Shown: one piece after another, positions 13,247 to 23,228 of the stretch
Layout: each line of letters opens with the position of its first letter
Numbering within the stretch: the stretch's first letter is position 1
Assembly (NCBI RefSeq): GCF_000143415.4
Contig: NW_003314307.1
Location: 506,859-570,858 of the forward strand
Direction: 5' to 3'
Length of the DNA: 64,000 bases
Source: Selaginella moellendorffii
Taxonomy: Eukaryota; Plantae; Lycopodiophyta
Made by a program: the position numbers and the translations under genes
The notes under the pieces: generated by a model
Told to the model about the DNA's origin: nothing
Seen by the model: only the letters and a program-made list of their open reading frames with translations
The model's database searches: none

Positions 13247-14108
13247 AGTCACGGCAAAAGTACTGTATCGTTTTTGATCTGAATGGTGTCCTTTTCTCCC
13301 ATGAGCGTGGCTCGTCCTCGAATGTCACTGCACCCTCCAAAGCCTGCGGTCGCAAGTTGGTCAAAAGAGACAGATTCACATTAATCACACGGGAGAAACT
13401 GCGGGATCTAATAATGACCATGCGACACTTAAAACAGAGGGCCGGGTTCAATTTGCAATTGGGAGTTTGGACATCCATGATGCGCCACAATGCATTAACG
13501 TTGCTATAGATGATGCACGATCAGACGCGAGTAATATTACCATTTGACTTTCTCCTAACGCAGGAGGATTGCTTGACTATGGTCCATGTGAGGGTAGCAA
13601 GCCCATCTTCGTCAAGCCAGAGGCTGTAGTGATGAACCGGACTGCTAGGTCAAGTGAAATCCTCATCATCGATGACTCGCCGATTAAAACTGCAGCGAAC
13701 ACGCACACATATGCAGTGCACCCCATCTCTTGCAGTATGGAAACTAGGGAGAAGAAACCGTATGTTCTGGGGGACCTTGCAAAACGGTTTGGAGCGATGG
13801 TGATAGAGAACCGGCCAGTCCAGGAGGTGGCTGCAGAAATCAACCAAATGGCAGATGGAATGGTATATCGGAAGCCATTTGATCGGACAGACACCAATCA
13901 TCATTTATGGCATGTATATTGTCTAGCCAAGCACTATCCGCATCTCCATAATCTGCTCAACCGGATGGGTTCTTCGACCACTGAACATGAGCGTGGACGT
14001 ATTAGAGAAGAGATGGCATTACTATTGGGTTTAAATCCTGATAGTGTGGAGAGTGATGAAATTCCAAGATTATTGTATAGGCGTTGGAGGCAAAAAATAA
14101 CAGTCTGA
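13247..14108 (+). pseudogene. FCP1/NIF (CTD-phosphatase-like) HAD domain exon
   Basis: IVFDLNGVL, LGVWTSMMRHNA, FDFLLTQEDC, KPIFVK and ILIIDDSPIKTAAN motifs; stop at 13507 and frameshift at ~13572. Confidence 0.8.
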
Positions 14109-15619
14109 GATGGCATGTATTTATTTAAAAATGTAACTTATTATGGCATGGGGTTCCATGCCATTGTATTAATATTAAAAGACAATTCTTTGAGAGGATT
14201 TGCATTATACTAGAAGTGTTACAGCATGTTATTGGAAGTCTGCGAAATTGTTTTATTAATAAGGGGAAAGTAAAGATTGAATGGGGACTTGGGCTCCACC
14301 TAGACTCGGAGCAACTGAGCCAATATTAAAAGGATGGAAAGAAATTGGACGACGATGACAAGGAGAAGAGAGAGGTGAAGCAGTGGCAGGGGGAGGAGAA
14401 GTGATTGAGTAGACATTTCCTTGTTTAAAATAAAATGGCATGTGCCTCAATGCAGTTGAATTTTGTTATATTTATATACTATATAAAGGTTTGGAAACCT
14501 TATTTTACAAGTGGGATAATGACAATTCCCACTTTAACGAAATAGAGCTTTAAGCCCCAAAGTGGAGTTGAAAGGGTGCCACATGGTAGTGGCCGAAGTG
14601 AAAGCCAAATGAACATAACACATTTGGACTAAAAGCTCCGACTTGAAAAGTCAAGTGGGAGTAAAACTCTCAATGAAGTGCTTAAGGAATGAGCATGAAG
14701 TCAGCAATAAATGAGTCTCTAGAAAAGAGACACAAGAAGACTAACACATGACATGTGGAAGTGTCGAGATGGACCCGAGATGGGAGTCCAAGATGGAATC
14801 CGAGATGAACTCAAGATGGAGTCTGAGATAGAGTCCGAGATGGACCCAAGATGGACCCAAGATAGAGTCCAAGATGGATCCAAGATGGAGTCAGAGATGG
14901 AGTCTGAGATGGAACCAAGATCAAGACCAAGACCAAGTCCAAGTTCGAGTCCGAGTCCAAATTCGAGTCCAAGTCCAAGTCTGAGTCCGAGTTCGAATCA
15001 AAGTCTAAGTTTGAGTCCAAATACTAATATAGGTTGTTGGGTGAAAGCCTAAAACTATCGTCCCCCAGGGGGGTTGCAAGGGGTTCCAAAAGTATAGTAG
15101 GGAGAGTGTGGGGGTTGGACCCTAATGGAGCCAATTTCGCCAAGAAAGGCTAGTATGACATAGGAAGGTTATGCCCACGTGATAGGTGATGATATATCTA
15201 TCCACTGAGGAGTCCAAAGCTAAAGTGAATACAGACAAACAAGCAGGGTAGTGTGAGACACAAAATCCCTAGGCCCCAAAGTGGAGCCGGAAGGGCACCA
15301 CGTGGTAGTGGCCAAAAGCGAAAGCCAAACGAGCGTAACACGTTTGGACTAAAAGCTCTGACTTGGAAGGTCGAGAGCGGGAGTGTGTGAGACACAAAAT
15401 CCCTAGGCCCCAAAGTGGAGCCGGAAGGGTGCCACATGGTAGTGGCCGAAGCGAAAGCCAAACAAGCGTAACATGTTTGGACTAAAATCTCCGACTTGAA
15501 AGGTCGAGAGCGGGAGTGGAACTCCCAACAATGTGCTCGAGGAACGAGTACAAAGCGAGCAATAAGCGAGGCTCCAAAAAGGGACCCAAAAAGAACCAAC
15601 ACATGACATGTGGAAGTGT

Positions 15620-16165
15620 TCGAGATGGACCCGAGTTGGAATCCGAAGTGGAGTCTGAGATGGACCCGAGTTGGAGTCCGAAGTGGAGTCCGAAGTGGAG
15701 TCCGAGATGGACCCGAGTTGGAGTCTGAAGTGGAGTCCGAAGTGGAGTCCAAGATGGACCCGAGTTGGAGTCCGAGATGGACCCGAGATCGAGTCCAAGA
15801 TGGAGTCCGAGATGGAGTCCGAGGTGGAGTCCGAGGCGGACCCGAGATGGACCCGAGATGGACCTGAGATGGATCCGAGATGGAGTCCGAGATGGACCCG
15901 AGATGGAGTCCGAGATGGACCCGAGATGGAGTCTGAGATGGACCGAGATGAAGTCCGAGATGGACCCAAGACGGAGTCCGAGATGGAGTCCGAGATGGAC
16001 CCGAGATGGAATCCGAGATGGAGTCCAAGAAGGACCTGAGATGGAGTCCGAGGTCGAGACCGAGACCGGGACCCAGACCGAGACCGAGACCGACATCGGG
16101 ACCGAGACCGAGGCCGAGACCGAGCCCGAGTCTGAGTCTGAGTCCGAGTCCGAGTTCAAGTCTGA
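15620..16165. repeat. LTR-internal minisatellite (GAGATGGAGTCC / GAGATGGACCC units, then GAGACC and GAGTCC hexamers)
   Basis: Directly visible. Length-variable equivalents at ~14765-15020, 21548-22146, 23573-23985, 29395-30020 and 63300-63575. Confidence 0.9.
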
Positions 16166-19100
16166 GAGGGTGAAAGCCCAAAGCGTTCGTCTCCCAGACC
16201 CTGGGGGGTTTGGTGAGCTCCAACAAAAGTATAGTAAGGAGGAAGACTGCAGTGGAGCCAATTTGGACAGGAAAGGCCAGTTTAGCCCAGGAAGGCTGTA
16301 CCCAATGTTGGGTGATGAGCTGCCCACTGGGAAGTCTAAGACTAGAGTGAACACAAACCAACAAGCGGGGTAGTTTGGTGAAGTGTTCAAGAGCCGGCTC
16401 TAGTTCCCCCGGGAGATCGTCTGGCCGATACTCCCAGTCCAAGTGTGGGTGGCACTACCTACTTGGATACTTGGCGTGGCTCAATGGAACCTCACTCTAA
16501 GCCCATGGCTAGAGCACCTAAAGGCGAAAGGCAAGGAGAGTACCCATGAGGCCCGCGTAGGGCCATGGTGTTCCGAAATGTTGTCCCAAAGTCCCAAACT
16601 GTGGAAAGGAAGAGGAGTAGCCCTCTGGTGTGGTGACCAAGGACACAGTCACACAGGGAGGAAGTCCTAGAGGACAGTGGGACTTAGTGGTTAGACCGTG
16701 GGCCTTGATCCAATGGCAGTGTTGGCGAACACGGCCAAGGACAGAAAGGGACTTGGTGGGGACTGGAACGGAGATATTGGGGAAGGCTATTCCCCATGTC
16801 TGTGGGTATCCTAAGGATGCTAAGGAGTGGATCTAGGATGGTCACTCATGGATGGATGGCCCAATCTTTGAGAGACGGGACTGTGGTGTAGGTGGTGTTA
16901 GACCATCGGTGTGACTAAGGTGAATGGGCATGGCCTTAGCGTAACGGGCTGATGTGTCGGTGGTACCTTGGGGTGTTGGTCATGGGACTGGACACATGGA
17001 GCACTTGGACCAAATGCAAAGGTTGAGTGGCGGGGATGCCATTCTCGGGGCTAGCAAGCCCAAGTCCAAAATAGGACTTATGGAGGTTGTGAGTGAGACT
17101 CCTCCAAGTGGTCGGAGGTGTGGTTAAATGACTAAAGTAGAATGGAAAAATTTAGTCACTTACAACTTGGTATCAGAGCTGTTCCTTAATCCGACTCTTA
17201 TTGGTGGCCAAGCATATCACCACTTGTATTGGAGTTGAAAGGTCCTAGATATGGACCTATCCTTGAGGAGTAGCATGTCGAGAGGACATGGCTCTCCACT
17301 CAAATTCATGCATAAACTTGTGCACGATGTGGTGGATGGAAGAGGGCCAATAAGGGAATGACTTTGGGATCTTGGGAACAGTATAAGGTTTTCCTCAAAG
17401 AGTTGAGGATGTGATCCAGATGAGCATTTGACTTAGCAAACTGGCTGATATAGTTGTGGTAAACAACTACAGTTGGGATCATGGGAAAGATACAGACTCC
17501 AAAACAATAAAGAAGTCACATGATTACCCTTATATAGTTAAGGCTGGTACTCATAAATTTGAGACCGAAATTGGTGACCGTGGGAGGTCAAATACAGAAG
17601 AGGACACCGGTCCTTGAAATGGTAGCCGGGGCTACCTCTAATAAATGCTAGAACAACCCAAGGAGTTGGGGGTGTACTTAAAGATGAGTTGCTATTCTCA
17701 TCACATGGACAAGTAGTTCTAAGGGGCAAAGGTTAGCCCCAAGAAAATCATCAAGTGTCGGAGTAACACTTGCAAAAATTGTCCTTGTGGGGAGGACATG
17801 AATACAAGAAGTTGTATTCCAGCGAGTTGGCACCTTGAAGATTAAGACCTCGTAGGTTGTTGGATTAGCAAAGTCTAAAATGCTGGATGACTCAAGTGGA
17901 GTCAGGGAATGGTCCTAAGGGATTGGTTGAAGCATTTGAACTGAGGTGTATGGTGCCCCATGAAATATGGGGAGGATCATAAGATCCAAGTATGAGAACA
18001 ATAAGTATCTCATTGATGGCAGAATGTGTTATACTAAAGTTGTGGGAAAGATGTTCTCAGAAGAAAACAACTTTGGCACAAAATTGGGTGCAAACACTAT
18101 AGTGCAGTGCTAATGGATAGTTAGCATGAGGAACAACTATATTGGTCTTGGCAAAGACCTAGACATTAATAAGTAGTGTCATAAGGATAGGCTTGCGGGG
18201 CCAATGGTATGGAGATACCAAATGTGCCAAGGTGTGATACCTTGAGGTTATATTGGTGGGTTCATAAGAACCCCTTGCCAAGGGAATCCCAATGGAAATG
18301 GAAATGGCATAGCTTAAGCTAGAAAGCATGTGGTAGAGTGTGGTGACCAAAACAATGATGGAGGTGTGGAAGCACCAGCAATGAGTTGTAGGACTTGAGA
18401 ACTATGAGGCCACTAAACAAAAGATGCAAGATAATTGGTTAAACTGGTAGAAGGTAACTACCCGAGACTTCTTATTGGCATAAGGAAGTTAGATATACCC
18501 TTATAGGGGATAAATTGCTTATGTTGCGATGTAGTAAGTCAATGTCGCAAAAGGGAATGCTCATTGTCAAAGAGGCCATCATTTGGGACATCCAAACACT
18601 CTAGAACACTAGGAGGTGGTGTTTGATGTCGCAAGGGCAATAGATAAAGCCTAAGGGACTAAGTCCCTAGCAAATGATGGATAGAAGGTGCTATCTAAAT
18701 GTCCAAGGTTGCGGAGACAGGAGAAGTCCATCTACCCAAATTGGACAAAGCCAAAGAGGGATTTTGGCAAGGTTAGTGATGGGTATATAAAGGCCCAAAA
18801 GTAGCAACGGTGATCCCAGTGTGTGGGATTACAAGGTGAGCAAACCTGGATTAAGAAACCACTCCCTAGGCTGTCGGGTAGGTTCATCCCTATGAATACT
18901 TGCCAAGGCATGGTAGAAATTGCAAAGCTATCTTCCTAGTCTGGAGGAGAATAACCGAAGGAAATGTATGAGGCCAAAAGGCAAGTAGTATAAGGATAAA
19001 ACCGAACCATAGGAATTGATAGGCATGACCAAGGGTGGTTATGCAAGTTGGGAGTGGAGAATCAAGTGGGTGCTCAAGTATGTTGTTACTAGCGACCGGG

Positions 19101-19634
19101 ATGCCATGGAAGTCTAAAGCATGGGATTGTCCATGTTAGACTATATGGTAATTGGAAAGCTTGCAAAAGGAGAGGCCTTAGCAAGCCAAGGAACAGAGTT
19201 CCTTGAACGTTCCCCTAGGTAGATAAATACTTAGTCAGCCAAGTGTAAATGGTTCATAGAATGCACGAAATCAGAGTGGCATAGCAAAAACGTGGTCTTG
19301 AAGCTTGCCATGAGGCGAGGCTATCAAGATTGGGGAAGTAGTTCCCGAGTGTTCAAAGAGAGGGCTTTGAACGAAAGTCAATGGTTAAGGACTTTCACGC
19401 TTATGTATGAACCATGTTATGGTGGCCGAATGACTTGCTAAGTGAGATTGGCAAGTCGGGGGGAACAAATACCCTAGTTGAAGGAGCCAACTTCAAAGGG
19501 GTGGCCCAGGGGGCTAAGCATAGAGGAGTCCATGCATGATCACAAAACATGTCAAGTAAGAGGACTTGGCAGTGCGGAGGAACTAGGTTCCTAAGCTATG
19601 ATCTGTAGCGCGCTTTAAATATAAGTTGGTGCAC

Positions 19635-20035
19635 CAGCGTGGGGAGTCACGCTAGGCATCCGGTGTGATGCCGTCCGTAGATGCATATACGGAGGTTGGG
19701 TTTGAGTCCCGACCCTCTAGTGCTTGGGTTCGAGTCCCAAATCACTAGGGCGTGGTGATGGTTTGGAATATGAGGACACTCATATTTCGGTGGTCATGGA
19801 CTCTCAATGAGGAGATTGGCTTGGGCACACCGCCAAGCGGGGGATGCCCCGGAGTCGTGATGCACGGTTAAATTACTTAGAGTGAAAGCTCGGCATATCT
19901 AACTTGAACACTTTAGTGCAAAGAGCACCAAGGATGTGGTGAATGAGATGGGGACACCCAGTCTTAGTTGCTATAGATCCTTGGCCGGAAGGGCTGGCTT
20001 GGGCGCACCGCCAAGTGTGGGGGATGCCCCCGAGG
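19635..20035 (+). ncRNA. Putative structured RNA module in the family B internal region (copies at 33790-34190 + and 25447-25850 -)
   Basis: More than 12 consecutive stem-loops, including two TTCGAGT T-loop-like hairpins and GACA tetraloops; conserved among all three copies. Confidence 0.55.
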
Positions 20036-22942
20036 TCATAGTCAACAACGTAGAGGGGTCTGGAAGACCTAGTTCCTCTAGGTGATCTTGTGGCTAAACA
20101 AGGACAAGGTCTTTGTTTGGGTTAAGGAATATGATTCTTAGTTCAAAGTGTTGATTTGAACTATTGATAATGGTGTGGCTTGGCCAAGGTGACCAAGTGG
20201 GAAGAACACCTAAGGGAAATGAGCTATGTCAATGCTGTGGCATAGTAAGTCCGAGAAAGGTAGTTTCTATAAGAGATCCAAGGGAGGATCTCAAAAGTTG
20301 GGCCATGGATAGAGCTCACTGCAGAAAATGTTAAAGGGATGTACTAGGGATGAACATCCTCTAGACTTGGCAAAGCAAAGTGTTTGCTATGGAACTGAAA
20401 GGAAACCTTGAAAATAGAGGTAGCGATCCTATGTTATTGGGTGCAACAATCAAGGATAGGAGCAAAAGACTAGTGGCTAAGTAAAGAGCCATGGGAATCC
20501 AGGGAAATAATCCAAATGGCAAAGTTAGACCGAGAACACTAATGTGTTGGGTGCTAACGGATTGTGGGAAAGGCAATGTTTCCCCAATGGTGGATTCCCA
20601 ACCGCTCCGATTTGGTGAAAGTGGATGCTCCAAAGGGGGGGAGTGTTAAGGTAGCCAAATAATAAGCCCGTGGGCAGCCCTAGCACCAATTATGATAACT
20701 GAAACTTAGTGTCAAAGGTGGCACGATATCGGAGAGAGGATGATGGTATCCTCAAGTAAAGAACTTCCTAGGATAGGGAAGTGGAGTTGCACCATGTGCA
20801 ACGTAAGGTGCCGGAGACACCTAGGAAATTGACTTTAAGAAGTCAAAATTAAAAGTTCCAAAATGCAAAGTTATGTCAATGGGATCTGAGACTACTCAAG
20901 AATGAGTAGTGGAATTGAGTTAGAGGAGTCTCTAATGGGTTTAGCGAAAACTGAACCAATAAAAGGGAGCAAACCACCCCAGGTGGTCGAATGAGTCTCT
21001 ATGTTGGAGAGACTATACTCCTTAGAGGATGGACAAGGCATGGTGCGCCTTTGGTGTCAAACCATAGACAAATATTGGCTAGGTGCCAAGGATGGAACTG
21101 GTAATACATGCGGGTGTTATTTTATAAAAGGGTTTACTGTTCGATGAGGACATCGAACTTCGTCTATGGGTGGTGGAGTTGTGAGACACAAAATCCCTAG
21201 GCCCCAAAGTGGAGCCGGAACGGCGCCACGTGGTAGTGGCCAAAAGCGAAAGCCAAACGAGCATAACACGTTTGGACTAAAAGCTCCGACTTGGAAGGTC
21301 GAGAGCGGGAGTGTGTGAGACACAAAATCCCTAGGCCCCAAAGTGGAGCTGGAAGGGTGCCACATGGTAGTAGCCGAAGCGGAAGCCAAACAAGCATAAC
21401 ATGTTTGGACTAAAAGTTCCGACTTGAAAGGTCGAAAGTAGGAGTGGAACTCCCAACAAAGTGCTCAAGGAATGAGTACGAAGCGAGCAATAAGCGAGGC
21501 TCCAAAAAGGGACCCAAAAAGGACCAACACATGACACGTGGAAGTGTCCGAGATGGACCCGAGTTGGAATCCAAAGTGGAGTCCGAGATGGACCCGAGTT
21601 GGAGTCCAAAGTGGAGTCCGAAGAGGAGTCCGAGATGGACCCGAGTTGGAGTCCGAAGTGGAGTCCGAAGTGGAGTCCAAGATGGACCCGAGTTGGAGTC
21701 CGAGATGGACCCGAGATCGAGTCCGAGATGGAGTCCGAGATGGAGTCCGAGGTGGAGTCCGAGGTGGAGTCTGAGGTGGAACCAAGATGGACCCGAGATG
21801 GACCCAAGATGAATCCGAGATGGAGTCCGAGACGGACCCGAGATGGAGTTCGAGATGGACCTGAGATGGAGTCCGAGATGGACCGAGACGGAGTCTGAGA
21901 TGGGGTCCGAGATGGACCCAAGACGGAGTCTGAGATGGACCCAAGATGGAATCCGAGATGGAGTCCGAGAAGGACCCGAGATGGAGTCCGAGGTCAAGAC
22001 CGAGACCGGGACCAAGACCGAGACCGAGACCGAGACCGAGATCAGGACCGAGACCGAGGCCGAGACCGAGCCCGAGTCCGAGTCCGAGTCTGAGTCTGAG
22101 TCCGAGTCCGAGTCCGAGTCCGAGTCCGAGTCCGAGTTCAAGTCTGAGAGGGTGAAATCCCAAAGCGTTCGTCTCCTAGACCTTGGGGGGTTTGGTGAGC
22201 TCCAAAAGTATAGTAAGGGGGAGGACTGCAGTGGAGACAGTTTGGCCAGGAAAGGCCAGTTTGGCCCAGGAAGGCTGTACCCAGTGTTGGGTGATGAGCT
22301 GCCCACTGGGAAGTCTAAGACTAGAGTGAACACAAACTAACAAGCGGGGTAGCTTGGTGAAGTGTTCAAAAGCCGGCTCTAGTTCCCCCGGGAGATCGTC
22401 TGGCCGATGCTCGTAGTCCAAGTGTGGGTGGCACTACCTACTTGGATACCTGGCGTGGCTAAATGGAAAACCCATGGCTAGAGCACCTAAAGGCAAAAGG
22501 CAGGGAGAGTACTCATGAGGCCCGCGTAGGGCCATGGTGTTCCGAAATGTTCTCCCAAAGTCCCAGATGTGAGACACAAAATCCCTAGGCCCCAAAGTGG
22601 AGCCGGAAGGGTGCCACGTGGTAGTGGTCGAAGCGAAAGCCAAACAAGTGTAACACGTTTGGGCCAAAAGCTCCGCCTTGAAAGGTCGAGAGCGGGAGTG
22701 GAACTCCTAACGAAGGGCTTGAGGAATGAGCACGAAACGAGCAATAAGCGAGGCTCCAAAAAGGGACCCAAAAGGACCAACACATGACACATGGTAGTGT
22801 CCGAGAAGGACCCGAGATGGACGTCCGGGATGGAGTCCGAAGTGGAGTCCGAGTTGGAGTCCGAAGTGGGACCCGAGATGGACCTGAGATCGAGTCCGAG
22901 ATGGACCCGAGATAGAGTCCGAGATGGACGGCACGACATCCG

Positions 22943-23228
22943 NNNNNNNNNNNNNNNNNNNNNNNNNNNNNNNNNNNNNNNNNNNNNNNNNNNNNNNNNN
23001 NNNNNNNNNNNNNNNNNNNNNNNNNNNNNNNNNNNNNNNNNNNNNNNNNNNNNNNNNNNNNNNNNNNNNNNNNNNNNNNNNNNNNNNNNNNNNNNNNNNN
23101 NNNNNNNNNNNNNNNNNNNNNNNNNNNNNNNNNNNNNNNNNNNNNNNNNNNNNNNNNNNNNNNNNNNNNNNNNNNNNNNNNNNNNNNNNNNNNNNNNNNN
23201 NNNNNNNNNNNNNNNNNNNNNNNNNNNN
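22943..23228. other. Assembly gap (N run)
   Basis: N bases. It hides the left junction of B3 and is probably shorter than the real missing sequence. Confidence 0.99.

Larger units (their letters stand above)
8856..14108 (+). pseudogene. Disrupted multi-exon cargo gene: ParB/Srx-like domain, degenerate DNA-MTase-like segment, acidic low-complexity linker, C-terminal FCP1/NIF-type HAD phosphatase
   Basis: ORFs 9009, 10049, 10703, 11839, 12601, 13225 and 13569 join via short GT-AG introns (10035-10088, 11403-~11451, 11525-11580, 11653-11701, 13200-13246 and others). In-frame stops at 9006, 10607, 11725 and 13507; frameshifts near 10120 and 13572. First exon(s) unresolved. Confidence 0.7.
3866..14456. 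repeat. Dispersed 22-bp palindrome, consensus ATGGCRTGNGGCCNCAYGCCAT, ~20 copies
   Basis: Copies start at 3866, 3923, 5769, 5839, 5937, 6549 (degenerate), 6624, 7481, 7560, 7719, 7854, 8642, 8719, 8779, 10056, 11530, 11671, 13003 (perfect palindrome), 13078, 14143 and 14435 (degenerate). Confidence 0.92.
3199..14550. mobile_element. Large DNA-transposon-like element: transposase plus divergent cargo gene (left end not visible)
   Basis: Transposase and cargo gene are unified by one 22-bp palindrome confined to 3866-14456. The right end abuts a 5'-clipped family B LTR at 14551. Confidence 0.65.

Noticed and set aside
3866-14456. Palindromic repeats as a CRISPR array
   Set aside because: Spacing is irregular (57 bp to >1.8 kb), the context is eukaryotic and intronic, and there are no cas genes.
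14509-14550. Helitron 3' end
   Set aside because: A hairpin is present, but there is no CTRR terminus and no Rep/helicase gene.
16305-16350. Hammerhead ribozyme (retrozyme) in the LTRs
   Set aside because: Only GTGATGAG is present; I could not find a CUGANGA...GAAA core with three stems.
15198-16442. Long ORFs of 200-414 aa (also at 21.3-24.3 kb, 29.2-30.3 kb and 63.3 kb)
   Set aside because: They are translations of the stop-poor LTR minisatellite, open in several frames on both strands.
17165-21179. gag-pol coding in family A or B internal regions
   Set aside because: No long ORFs and no recognisable RT, RNase H or integrase motifs; at most faint gag-like remnants.
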